DNA of 64,000 nucleotides, from positions 96,472,001 to 96,536,000 of the forward strand of contig OX597817.1 in NCBI GenBank assembly GCA_951406725.2, read 5' to 3'. The notes under the pieces are model-generated. The model saw nothing but the letters and a program-made list of their open reading frames with translations, was not told where the DNA came from and searched no databases. The stretch's first letter is position 1. Every line of letters starts with the position of its first letter. Positions 50,469-63,475 of this stretch are shown in pieces. Origin of the DNA: Octopus vulgaris (taxonomy: Eukaryota). The position numbers were made by a program, and so were the translations under genes.

Positions 50469-51804
50469 GACTTGTAATTATCATTAAATAATGTACAAAT
50501 ATGCAATGTTATATTTGTATCTGCTCTTTATATCTTCCTAACATTATCTTCCTTTAGCCATCATTTTTTTCTTTTCACATCTGAAATACAATGAAGGTTA
50601 CTGCATGACAATCATATAACTTTTGTTCAAAATTTCTCTCGTTAGTGAAGACATACAGAAATTCAGTATATATGGTACCTCAAACATTCAAACCCTCTTA
50701 CTGCACTGCACAATATTGCATGATATTATTAATGTAAATCATATTAACATCTTGAACTTATATTAACAACCTTCAATCAGGTTAAACAGTTTACTCATAA
50801 CACTTATCACTATATGAACTAAATACGTATTGTTCTATTTATCCATGTTATGCAAAAGCTCTTCAGAAGTCTGTGAAATTAGTTTTTGTTTTACAAATAT
50901 AGCTAGTAAAACTTTTATTATATGGCCACACTCCAGTAAAAGAATATAAAAATATAGATTAATATAGTATTGGAAGCAACTGGAAATATAACTAGTAATT
51001 GATATAGTAAATCAAAAATTAACAGAGAACGTTATAGAAATGATACATTACTTTTTTTAGAAAAGTATGTATATATTTTTATCAATCATCCATAGATAAA
51101 ACTATAATATTTGCATGTCATAATTCTTTCTGTGCAAAATGGTATCAGCTGATTGCAAGTCCTCACAGAGCAGTTTTTATTTCAGAGATTTCCTTTCCCT
51201 ATATGAATTGCCTTTACTACAACTTGTGAACATTATCTACCCTTGATTATATTGGATGGCTGGAGTTTCTCTGCCCTTTGTTTTCCATTCCACAAAGTGT
51301 GTTCAAAAACACCCTCACCAAGCAAGTTTGGTAGGGTTATCAGTTTAGTAGTAATACCCATATTATCCATTCATTACTTCTTTATTACAATAATTATGCT
51401 ACATTAAATGTACAAATAATCCTTGGATACTTTGGGATATGCTGAATGACAAACACCAGTGATATATCATTTCATCTTAGCTTTAACTGCTTACCTAAAC
51501 ATTTATTTACCTTAGTTTTCTGAGTTATGTTGTCTAGCCAAAACTTATAGTGCATTTTACTGTTGATTTTCTTTGATCTATTTAATTGATCCTCTTATCT
51601 TTCACTATATCTCAAAAGCATAAAAGGTATGAAATCTTTTTTTTTTAATACAGTATTAGATTAAATTAATTATCAAGAATTTATATTTTCTACAAACTTT
51701 AACACTTATTAACAATTAATTTTTTCATAAACTATTTTATCTGCTTATGTAATCCTTGAATTTGTTAGTGATAGTAGAAACATCTTTGTTTTCTTTCTTG
51801 ACAG

Positions 51805-52089
51805 ATTTGTATATTAAATACTATTGAGGAGCAATGCTCACAACTAACTAGTGTTGTGCTTGGTCAGACCATTGTGAATTTAGATGGAATTCTGAATACA
51901 ATAGAGGAATTAACTGAAATGTGGACTGGAGAACCTAGAAGAATTGTGCAAGGTGGTCTCATTATCTTCTTAATCTATGTATCAAAGAAAATTACTTTTT
52001 CTAAAACTTTGAATCAATTGCAAAAGTATAGCAGAAGTTTGACTGAGAAATTTCAAGGAAATATTTCACCAATTTTCATTTTAACAAAG
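51805..52089 (+). CDS. CRPPA: Probable CRPPA/ISPD exon G (C-terminal domain)
   Basis: Strong acceptor tttgttttctttcttgacag|ATT and donor ACA AAG|gtaaaa. 285 nt stop-free and phase 0, in frame with ORF 51856..52158. Non-repetitive sequence. No obvious conserved motif. Confidence 0.62.
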
Positions 52090-52397
52090 GTAAAAATTGC
52101 TATTTTTATACATAAGAAAATTATATCTAATTTAAATTTTCAAATCAATTTTTATTAAGGTACACACATATATATATATATATATATTTATAATTTTTTA
52201 GTAGAAGATAAAAATTTTGGTTGTCAGTAATTTACATCCAAATAAACGAAATCATACTTCCAGTGATTTATAAGATGTGATTGGATGGGATACGTTGTTC
52301 CATTCATGTACTTTTAGGATCAATAAACATATGTATATATTAAAATAATTCAAATAATAAAGTGTAAATGAAGTAAGACATTCTATTTGAGTATATA

Positions 52398-53646
52398 CAG
52401 GGATTGGACAAAATAATGGAAACACCTAGCATCATAATTTTTAAATATCTATAAAACTGTCAAAAGCTTGTTTATGTTTATGTTTTTTTTTTTATTTATT
52501 ATTAGTGTTGCTTAATATGTTTTGCTAAAATTGCTGTTTCTTTTCAGATATCATCAGAAAAAGGTAATTAAAATTCATTAAAATGACAGATCTATCGGAC
52601 TTCCAAAGAGGTCAAATTGTTGGTGCTCGTATGGCAGGTGCTAGTGTAACAAAAACAGCAGAAATGTTTAGTGTATCAAGAAGTACTGTCTCGAAAGTAA
52701 TGGCAGCCTTTGAGAAAGAAGGAAAAACTTCCTTTTCAAAACAAAACTCTGGAAGAAAACCAAAAGTTTCAGATAGGGACAGTCGGACTCTTACGTGAAA
52801 TGTTAGAAGGGATCACAAAAGTACAGCTCCCTACTGCAGAGCTTAATGACCACGTCGAGAACTCAGTTTCCGCAAAAACTGCTAGCTGAGAGCTGCACAA
52901 AGCCAGATTTCATGGGAGGGCTGCAATCAGAAAACCACTACTTTCAAAAAAAAATGTTGCAAAGCATTTAGAGTAAAAACCTACAGAATTGGTCTCTAGA
53001 GCAATGGAATGTTATTTTCTTGGATGAGTCATCCTTTACCTTATTTCCGACCACCAGTCAAGTATACTTGTGGAGACAGCCAAAAGAAGCATTAGACTGC
53101 CTTCTTCCAACTATTAAATATGAAGGAGGATCTGTGATGATCAGTGGGGCTATATCTTGGAAATCTGCCAGCCCAATGGTTTCCCTTCAAGGCAGAATTA
53201 ATAGTCAAGACTATTTAAGCATTTCATCTGATCAAATTCATCCTATGGTTGCTTAACTGTTTCCGGAGGGAAACGCACTCTTTCAGGGTGATAATGCACC
53301 AATTCACACAGCTAAAGTTGTTACTGAATGGCACGAGGAACATTCTAGTGAAGTTGAACATCTTATCTGGCCACCGCAGTCCCCAGATCTCAATATTATT
53401 GAACATTTATGGTGCATTTTAGAAAAACAAGTAAGGAGTCAATATCCTCTACCAAGATCACACCAAGAACTGGAGACTGTTTTAGCTAAGAATGGGAAAA
53501 AATTCCTTTGGAAATAATTCAAACTTTGTACAAGTCCATACCTTGTAGAATTCAAGCAGTAATTACTGCCAAAGGCAGTCCTACCCCATATTAAAATAAA
53601 TCTGTTTGAAATTTTAAGGTATTTCCAGTATTTTGTCCAACCCCTG
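52398..53646 (+). mobile_element. Tc1-family DNA transposon (degenerate DDE transposase)
   Basis: TA|CAGGGATTGGACAAAATAATGGAAACACCT ... AGGTATTTCCAGTATTTTGTCCAACCCCTG|TA. Protein motifs MTDLSDFQRGQIVGAR, DESSF, QGDNAP, WPPQSPDLNIIEHLW. Confidence 0.93.
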
Positions 53647-53772
53647 TATAATGATGACATAAGGTCGTAAGAAATGTGTAATCATTTGTAGATACATGTA
53701 TTCGAGGGAGATTAAAAATTGTAAATAAAGTTCAGCAATACGAAATATCACCAAAAGTAAAAGTCAGTTAAA

Positions 53773-53860
53773 AACCTATGGTCATTTCAGAAAATATTAA
53801 AGGGCTGTAGGAACAGTCCATATTCAGCTCCATTGAAATAATATTTTCTTCTTCAGGGTT
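53773..53860 (-). ncRNA. Type I hammerhead motif with intact core in PLE terminal repeat
   Basis: Minus strand: AACC-CTGAAGA-AGAAAATATT-(loop)-AATATTTTCT-GAAA-TGACCA-TA-GGTT. Perfect 10-bp stem II, 4-bp stem I. Confidence 0.75.
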
Positions 53861-56035
53861 CACTATTTGTGGTAAAGTTCAGTTAAGTTCTACATGATGA
53901 ATTCCTATTGATGGGTGGACATCGAATGATTAAATAATTAAATATATAATTGACAAAATAGATCCTGAACCATCCAAAATTAAGATAGTTATGATGCTGA
54001 GACAACTATTTATAAAGAAAAATAATTGAATAGTTGAATAGGTAGACAGTTGAGCATGTGACTAATCATGTAAGTCATGACCTACTGGAAAATTCCATTG
54101 TGTATTTATTTATTTTTTTTATTATTTTAATATAGAATGTAGTAATTTAAGGTTAAGGATTTAAATCTATATATTCATGCATGCTAATCTAAACTGTATT
54201 TTTATACAGTAAAAATTTTAAAAGTCGATAAATATTTATGCTTACAGCATACTAAAACGTCCGTAATCTTATTTTATAGTATATCTTTATTTTTGTTGCT
54301 GGCATAAAGGATACTAATCAATTCTTTTATGCAAAGTCTACATGTTTCCGTATACGTGTTATGAGGTGTAGATTCAGTGATTATCAATCACTTAAAATTA
54401 TACTCTGTTTTTTGCTTTGAGGTGATTAATATATGTTGCTAATGATGATGATGATGATGATGAATGCCATGGAATTTTTTATATTAAGGTTAATGAATGA
54501 ATTATGTCCCCTATATCTTTTTTTAAGTCCCATAGGATTTAATGTGTTTACTTCACACTTGTAGGCTACATTTTTTTCTCAGGCAATTGCCTCTTAAGAG
54601 GCATGACTCCTGGGAGCAGAAATTGTATGTTTTGTTTAAAGATTTAGTAGCACTACCCCTATCCTCTATATTAGTCTTAGATTTCGCTTCACTAAAATTT
54701 GGCCCCATAGGACCTTTATTCAAACTGTCACTGTTATTATTATTGCTAAGTTTGTATCTGTTATTTGCCACTATAATTGAACCTAAATTTGGAGTAGCTG
54801 AGTAGGACAATTTCAAACAGTGTTTGTTGAAAATTGGGTGGTATTTTATTGCTTTTCTCAATAATCTTATAAAATAATTTAGGGAGGGTCCTAACTTGGA
54901 GGGGAAAATGGGTTATACCAAATTATATCCCATTTTCTAGATTTCTTATCATTATTATTAGTAATAGTAGTAGCAACAGATTACCTATAAGTCATATTTC
55001 TAAAAACATGTGGTTTATGCTTAAATTGTTTATTGAGGTAATTCTTCTTATTATTTATTTCTAAATTATCTTTATTTAGTTTGTTTTTTAAAATTGTGTT
55101 AAGCTTGTAATAAATTTCCTGGTTAAACCTACTATTTCTGAGAGCTTGAATATATAGGGAGGCGGGGTATGATTATTTAATATATTTTCATTAATTGATA
55201 TGTTTGATATTCTGATAGATATCCCAGTTATAATACCATTTATGACACTATGAGGATGATTAAATTTACTATTAAAGTACTGTGTTAGCTTATTCAGTTT
55301 ATGGTATGGAGAGTACTGACCATTCTTTAAGTCCAAACAAATAGCTATTTTGGTGGTATTATCCATAGTTATATTTGAATTATACTTCCCAAAAAATTTT
55401 ATCAATGCTTTCATAGTTTTATCCATATTTTGTAATGATGAGTTAGAGATCGCAAATAAACCATCATCCATAGAAAGGCCTCCTTTAATAGTAGGAGAAT
55501 TATCTTTTATTTCAGAGAACAGAAAAAGGCCTACCAAATCAGTTATCTGGGCCAAGTCTGACGATGGGATTGTCAGACTCAGCCTCAAAGCAAAAAACAT
55601 AGAGTATAATTTGAAGTGGTTGATAATCATCAAATGTACAACTTATAACATCTGTATGAAAACATGTAGGTTTTGCATAAAAGAATCGATTAGTATCCTT
55701 TATGCCAGCAGCGAAATTAAAAATATACTATTAAATAAGATCAGATGTTTTAGTATGCTGTAAGCATAAATATTTATCGACTTTTAAATTTTTTATTATA
55801 TAAAAATTTAGCTTAGATTAGAACACAAGAATATATAGATTTAAATCCTTACCCTTAAATTACTACATTCTATACTAAAATAATTTTAAAAAAACATATA
55901 TATCTATATATACACAATGAAATGTTCCAATAGGCCACAACTTACATGATTAGTCACATGCTCAACTGTCTACCTATTCAATTATTTTTCTTTATAAATG
56001 GTTCTATCTCAGCATCATAACTTAATTTTGGATGG

Positions 56036-59000
56036 ATGTTTTTCATTTTGGCTTGTGTTAGAATGGTGAACTGTAACTGGCCAGAATACATTTAAATTGT
56101 GAGCCAAAAGAACTTCAAAAGTATAAAAGAATGTTACAAAGGGAGGGGAAGAAAATAAAAGTTACCCCTCCCAGTGAGATTACCCACAACATGCTTCAGT
56201 GCTCAGTAATATACAAGTCTGTTTTAATGAAAACCAAAAAAGTGGACATTGCTTCAAAAGATATAGTTGAAAAGTGCTTGAGACCTGTTTGGCAGGACAT
56301 GACGTTCATGACTAGGGGGTAGAAAATTCACCACAATAAAGATATGATTTAAATCAGAAGACAAAGTCAGGCAGTATTCAACAGAATCACTCAAGACATG
56401 CTTCCAAGATTACAGTGGGAGAGATTCCACCAGAGGTGGATGCTACCTGGCTAGTGGCAGCCATTATGATGAGCTTGGAGGATGAAATATCTATCTTCCA
56501 AGCCACAGTTATAGAGCAGCAGAATTGGCTGGGGTAGGGGCTCAAAATGCTGATTCAAGCAGCCCCTGCTGACCTGGAATAAATAATAGAAGCAATATAG
56601 GTGGGGGATAACGAGCTGCATGTAATAGTCAGGTGGGGGAAAGCTTCGCTGCTACAAATGTGGACAAAAAGGCTACATTAGATCCAAGTGCCAGCCTCCC
56701 CTAGAGAAAACATCAGTGCTCCCACCTCCCGAGAAAACACCAGATTCACCAAAGCCAACAGGGAAGTGGAAGTGAAAGTTGAAACTGCAGAGGAGGAGGA
56801 GATAATAGAGGACAAACCCGAAGGCAATGATTGAAAAATACAAACTTTGAGAAAAAAGAGAAAATCCAATACCCAACCCAACCCTACAAGTCTCATGCAA
56901 AAAAAAACTTGCTCAAGATACACAAACTCCCCAACCCCCATCATTTTCCACCCAACTAGACCTTAATTTTATTGCAGTTAACACTCAAAATTCCAGACTA
57001 ATCTATAAAATAAAAAATGATTACCACAGCAGATGTGATTAATAATTATGAGGAAGACACCAAAAAATTTGAAAATTTTTACCATTGATGGGATCATTTA
57101 TAACATTCTAAAAAGTGAATTTAAACATGACACAGGCCCTCTGAAAAAGGATTTCTCTCCTCAGATCTTTGAGGACCTAGTCAAAGACACCTCGCAAGCC
57201 CTGGAATAATGGATTGAGATGGGGTGGCAATCCCATCACCAACTCCAGGTAAAACCACTACCTTTATGTCTACTCTCAATGTAGGATGTTTAGATGTACA
57301 TGGCTTGGGGTCAGTCTCGAAGCAAGGTTGCTTCCTTGATGACCTCAGGTTGCATAGATTGGATGTAATAGTTGCCATGGAAACCAGACTGAGCGGACTG
57401 CGGGGCTTTTCCCCAATCCTAAACAGCTATGAGAAATTTATTTCTCAATGCCAATCTGGAGGAGGGAATGGTGTCGCAGTTCTGCTCAGGAAAAATCTAT
57501 TTCCAGAGACACAAACAATCTTTATCGACCCAAAAGACTGGTTGGTTGTCCTTGATGTGACACTCAGCTGGTAGCTGTTTATGCTCCCCCAAAAGCTGGA
57601 CAGTCTGACTATTTTAGAAGCCTAGAGAACTTTCTTGGTACGTCACACATTTTATTGTTGTTAGGAAACTCTAACACAATCTGTGATGCACGAGTAGATT
57701 GTGTTGGCTCAAACCCATTTAGGAAGGGAAACTAATACTTTAGCGATCTGCTCACTTGGCTTCAGCTGGCGGATCAATACAGACTAGAATTCCCAGATGC
57801 TCTATTGTGGACATGGACTAATAGCAATGGATCTTCTAGATCTTATTTAGTTAGAATAATAATTAGGTGCAAAGACAAAAACTAAGCTAGGTGTCTACAT
57901 TGCCACTATATCAACTACAGTGATCACAAACTTGTGATCTATAAGTTTGACTTAGATAGGTTATGTAGACAGAGGTCCAGCTACTGGAAACTCAACAAGC
58001 CTCTTTTGGCTTATGAGGAGTACAGGAGTCAGATTAGACTGTTAGTAAAGAAGGCATTGACAGGAACCATCATAAATAACAAACGGTAGTATGCCCTCAA
58101 AAGAACCATTAAGTTTGAGTCTTTTAGATATAGTAAGGAACTAGTTGCTAAGAAAAATAGAATAGAAAGGGCTTTACTTAAGTCTCTAGATGAGGCACAG
58201 ACGTCTCGCTCTGCATCCCAAGTTTTAGCAGTGGGATTGGCTCTTAACCAAGACCTTGAGGCTAAACAGGAGGGATGCATAATCGGAGCAAAGCTACATG
58301 CAATGGGACAAGAGGGAGTCAAAACTGCTGGATGGGCCCATGTGGTAGATCCAACATGGCAATGATGCCACAATAATGCCTTTGATGGACCAACAAGAGA
58401 ATTTGGTAAACAAACCCGAGGAGATGTGTAAGGTCTTTCAAGAGCATTTCACACGGCTTTTCAGGCAAGGCGGTGGACTGGAGTGTAGGAGGGACTTCAC
58501 AGACTTCCTCACTGGTTTTCCGAGTCTCTTGGGGCAGGAAGTGGAATGCTGTGGAAGGAGCTTTGTCAGATTGTGGTGGGGGCAAGTCACCAGGGCTTGA
58601 TGGTCTTCTCTATGAGCTATATTGTATGTCAGACTTGTTTGGGCACCTACTGGCATGTGTCTTCACCAACTGGCAGCAGAATGGTTTATACCCAGATATG
58701 TGAGCCAGGTAGTGGTGGTACTGCTAAGAAAGGACCCAAACAAGGGAGGCTTAGTTGATAATTTCTGGCCTAGCACTCTGCTTAATGCAGAGCTGAAAAT
58801 TTTGGCCAAGGTTGGCACGTGTCATGGGTAGACTCGTCGGAGAGGCACAAATGTGCCATACACAGCAATCTCCACGTTATATGCTATACCTTAGAGAGGG
58901 TGAATAAGATTCCTGGCAAGGGTGGGGCATTGGTCCATTTAGACCAAGCTAAAGCTTTTGATAGGGTTGAACATCGGTACCTGGTGTTGGTCCTTGTGAC

Positions 59001-60727
59001 AGTCGGATTGGGCGCAATCTTCCATAGTTGGATCATTGCTTTATATAGCAACATTGATTTGATTGTTCGGGTGAACTGTTTCTTTTCTAAACCATTCTGC
59101 ATCAATCACTCAGTACATCCAAGGATGCCCTCTCTCCCCACTTCTGCATGTATTGGCACTTGAGCCTTTACTGCGGAAATTGGAGGGGATGAGGGGTGTC
59201 ACAGATAACATCACCATCATCGTATCCAAGGTCGAACACCTACAGAGGGTAGGTGAAGCCATTAAGGATTATGAGGTGGCGGAAGGAGAAAAAATTAACC
59301 ATGGGAAGTCAGTTGGCTTGCAACTCAGCACCTGGGTTGGCAAGTTGATTCCTCTCAACAATGTCATCAAGTGTTGGACAGAGGGTCCGGTTAAAATACC
59401 AGGGGTTTGGTTTGGTCCAGACCTCTAGATAAAGGAGAATTGGAGCAAGGTAACAGGCAGAGTGACCCTCCCAACTCAGACTTGCTCTGAGTGGTGCCTA
59501 TCTCTGGAAGGGAGGATGGAAGTTGCAAATGTGTTTATCGCATGTGATCACCTCCCACCTAACTGTCATGTCTTGCCCTGATTCATGGCTGATCACGTTG
59601 GAACAACTGCTCTTCCACTTTTTGTGGAAGGGCAAAGGACATCTTTTAAGACTCTCTATCTGCTGCCAACACCCGCTAATGGGTGGGCTAGGGATGCCTT
59701 GGCCAATGATGCGCTGAGGCAGAGGCATCTTTGGCTCTACCTGGATGGTGAACGGATGTGGTCTCCATTCGTCAAATTGATACTCCCTAGGTTCACTAGT
59801 TTTAGTGAACTTGAACCATGGATCAGGCATAGACCGAAGTTGGGAGTTTGGCAAGCCAAGTGCCATCAGGCAGTTGTGCTCCTCTCCCACACGGGTAATG
59901 CTAGTGGCAGGGGTTCCACCTCATCATAATATAGAGGGTTGGTTGAGGCTAAGTGTGATGACGTTCTGGGGAAAACTTGCCAACCTGTTCCAAAGGACAT
60001 TCAGGCCAGGGACCTTAGATAATTTCCAAAAGTCTCTAGCTTGGCAATGTTACCGAGGAGCCTTACCAGTTCGTGATAAACTCACAAGGCTTGGTCACTC
60101 TTGCTTGCCCACTTGCCCAAGATGCGTGCAGGACAGTGAAACTGTTCTGCATGCAATTGTGCAGTGTTCGGAAATGTGGGTTTATGCTAAACAACTGCTG
60201 TCACGTTTAGGATGAGTACAACTGTCTTCCGAATCAATTATAAAGATTGTTCCACCTTTTTCCTTGAACAAAGAAGGAAAGGTCTGTTTTCTCTCTGTGG
60301 TCACTATAGTGGAAGACTCGAATGAAAGGAGTAGTGACAGACAACTTCATCTCCAGCTTTGGTTTGGTGAAATTCTTTAGTTTCCATCTGAAAAGGAAAA
60401 TAAGGCTGGAGAGGAGATGCCTGTCGCCTGATATATATGGCAAAAAATGGAAGAATGTGGCACAAATGTTGAGAATGAATGATTCTACATGAGCGTATTT
60501 CATAAAAGGTAACTAAAGGTTTCAGTGGTGGTACGGGGCTTGTGGGATCAAAGTCAAACCCATCCTCCACTCCATTGTATTGATCTTGTATTGTGTAATC
60601 ATTTGAATTTATTGTCATTAATTTTTAATGATCAACTTTTTGTTATACCATCAGTCATTCAGACACCCTCCCCTCATTTGTACTGTCCCTTCTATGTTGG
60701 CCTCTGGTAGGCAATAAAGAACTATAT
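56036..60727 (+). mobile_element. Degenerate, near full-length L1/Tx1-like LINE
   Basis: APE (TLNVGCLDVHGL, VAMETRL), RT (GKSPGLDG, LDQAKAFDRVEH), C-terminal CPRC...ETVLHAIVQC. AATAAA near 60713. TSD CTTAATTTTGGA(T/C)GG at 56021-56035 and 60728-60742. Confidence 0.88.
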
Positions 60728-60851
60728 CTTAATTTTGGACGGTCCTGCATCTATTTTGTCAATTACATTTTTAATCATTCAATCATTCGACATCTACCCA
60801 CCAATAGGAGTTTATCATGTAGAACTTAACTGCATTTTACCACAAACATTG

Positions 60852-60939
60852 AACCCTAAAGAAGAAAATATTTTTTCGATTGAGCTGAATATAGACTGTT
60901 CCTACAACCCTTTAATATTTTCTGAAATGGCAGTAGGTT
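60852..60939 (+). ncRNA. Inverted copy of the 53773-53860 hammerhead, core mutated (CUAAAGA)
   Basis: AACC-CTAAAGA-AGAAAATATT...AATATTTTCT-GAAA-TGGCAG-TA-GGTT. Confidence 0.6.
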
Positions 60940-61474
60940 TTTAACTGACTTTTACTCATCATGATATTTTGTATTCCCAAATTTTATTTACAATTTTTTA
61001 ATCTCCTTTGAATACATCTGCACATGTATATACATTTCTTATGATCTTATGTCATCATTATATATACTCGAATAGAATGTCTTATGCATTTACATTTTAT
61101 TATTTGAATTATTTTAATATATACATACGTTTATTGATCCTAAAAGTATATGAATGGAACAATGTATCCCATCCAATCATATCTTATAAATCACTGGAAG
61201 CATGATTTCCTTTATTTGGATATAAATTACTGACAACCAAAATTGTTATCTTCTACAAAAAATTTTATTACTCCTTAGCTCATAAACGAGCTCAAAATGC
61301 AGTTGTACTATACATGGAGTATCATCTTCACTAAAATTTTTTATTCCATATATATATATACTAATAGTATACGCACACACATTAATAGTATATATAATAA
61401 TAATAATAATAATAATAAAATGACAACAAAAGACTGAGACCTCGATATTAGGTAAATAGAGGAATTTATATATG

Positions 61475-61595
61475 TATAGTTTAGGACAATCAGTAAGTTG
61501 TCATAATAGGACTCTGAGTTTCAAACGCCAGAGCTAAGAGCAACGATGCATTCTCATCGGCTATTATGACAACTCCCTGATTGTCCTAAACTATA
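61475..61595 (-). ncRNA. Hammerhead-like motif (CCGAUGA core) closed by a ~35-bp stem I
   Basis: Arms 61475-61509 and 61561-61595 are inverted repeats with 2 differences. Between them the minus strand reads CCGATGA-GAATGC...GCGTTT-GAAA-CTCaGAG-TC. Confidence 0.7.
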
Positions 61596-61625
61596 TATAT
61601 ATATACATACATATACATACAGATA

Positions 61626-61835
61626 TGAGGGGGTGCTGAAAAGTTTCTGGCTTTAAGGATATTGCAAAAGGCCTGGTTAGAGGCCCACCCTTCCAAGTTC
61701 TTTTACTTAGAACACTGAAGGACCACTGCAATAAGTATGTGAATCTGAGAGAGGAATATGTTGAATGAAATCATAATTAACTGATTCTCCTGTATTTTCT
61801 TTTACCCAAAGTCAGGAACTTTTCATCACCCCTTG
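61626..61835. mobile_element. Mariner-derived MITE
   Basis: TIRs TGAGGGGGTGCTGAAAAGTTTCTGGCTTT / AAAGTCAGGAACTTTTCATCACCCCTTG in a TA-rich context. Confidence 0.65.
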
Positions 61836-62248
61836 TGTATATATATATATATCAATAGTACACACACATACATCACATGTACAAATAATCCTTGGATACT
61901 TTGGAATATGCTGAATGACAAACATCAGTGATATATCATTTCATCTTAGCCTTAACTGAACAGTTTGATTCAAATTGTGTGCTACTTAAAATTTCAAAAC
62001 CCCTAACTAGGTTTGTCATTCAGTCAGTGAAATTCAAGTGACAATAGAAGTGCAGAAAGTCCGAGATAGCTATTGGTGGATTGGCAATATTTGGTCAAGG
62101 AAAGTCATGTGATGTTACAGTTTTAATATTGGTAGTAGAGTGACAGAAGATCCTTGAGAAAAAGGCCTCCTGGTGAACAGGAAATGGGTGGGGCAATGCA
62201 ACTGGATCTATAGTTAAAGTAGTAGACATATGAACTTGTATGCACATA

Positions 62249-63475
62249 CGAGGGGCGTTCAATAAGTAATGCCTCTGACCCACTTGCAGTTGTTTGCTCT
62301 AGCTGAAATTTTGCATGTGGTAAATTACAGCTCTGAACTAATTGTGGTTTCTGATTTACAGGTGTTTGAACTGAGTCAAGTGTGACACGGAGCCTGTTGA
62401 GTGTCGAGCAGTGATGCGGTTTTTGTATTTGAAAGGACGCACACCGTGGGAGACTTTTGATGAAATAAAAGTAACTTATGGTGATGATGCCCCATCATAT
62501 GACCTTGTAAAACGCTGGCATCGTGAATTCAAACATGGTCGGAACTTTGTGGAAACAGCTCCCAGATCTGGTCGCCCCCTTCTGCCATTTTGGAAGATCG
62601 ACGCATAACTATTCGCCAAATAGCCCATGAGGTCAAGATTAGTACCGGGTCTATGGAAACTATCATTCATGACCATTTGCATATGTAAAAGGTGTCTGCC
62701 AAATGGATTCCCAAGTTGCTCACACCTTTCCAGAAGCAAGAACGCGTCGATTGCGCGAGGATGAATTTGAAGATGTGCCAGGAAGATGAGTCAAATTTTT
62801 TCAAAAGACTGATTACACAGGATGAAACCTGGGTCCATCACTATGATCCAGAGACCAAAGCCCAGTCAATGCAGTGGAAGCACCGTGACTCACTTCCTCC
62901 AAAGAAGGCAAGGGTGCAGCCCTTTGCTGGCAAGGTCATGCTCACAGTCTTCTGGGACCAGGACGGAGTAGTGATGACAGATTTCCTGGCAAAGGGTGCC
63001 ACAATTACAGGAGTCTATTATGCTTCACTTTTGAGGAAATTAAGAGAAGCTATCAAAATCAAGAGGCGGGGCAAGATCAGCAAAGGCATCCTCCTCCTGC
63101 AGGACAACGCTCCGATCCACAACTCGCGTGTCGCCAGATCAGAAGCACAAGCGTGTGGCTATGAACTCATCCCCCATCCCCCAAACTCTCCTGACCTTGC
63201 ACCCTCTGATTTTCACCTCTTCCCAGCCATGAAGTTGTTTTTGAAAGGAAAGCGTTTCCCAGATGATGCAGCCTTGATTTCTGAAGTCACATCGTGGTTG
63301 GAGGACCAAGCTGGGGTCTTCTACAAAAACGGTCTTCAGAGCTGCATCAAACGATGGGGGAAATGCGTAACACTGGGTGGTTTCTATGTAGAAAAAGACT
63401 AATAACTGTGCCAAGTTTCGTTGCTCTACTGCTATGGGAAGTGGGTCAGGGGCATTACTTATTGAACGCCCCTCG
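62249..63475 (+). mobile_element. mariner DNA transposon (DD34D-type), transposase disrupted in its 5' part
   Basis: TA|CGAGGGGCGTTCAATAAGTAATGCC ... GGCATTACTTATTGAACGCCCCTCG|TA. Motifs WIPKLL, QDETW, LQDNA, SPDLAPSDFHLF. Stop and frameshift at ~62580-62690. Confidence 0.95.

Larger units (their letters stand above)
52190..61270 (-). mobile_element. 5'-truncated Nematis-like PLE with long inverted terminal duplication, both arms interrupted by later insertions
   Basis: Coding remnant on minus ~55578-54430 (QITDLVGLFL, GGLSMDDGL, YSPYHK, LSYSATPNL). Left arm 52190-52397 + 53647-54425 is the reverse complement of right arm 55579-56035 + 60728-61270. Confidence 0.82.

Noticed and set aside
61960-62245. 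Candidate terminal CRPPA exon
   Set aside because: No convincing acceptor plus open frame resembling the ISPD C-terminus.
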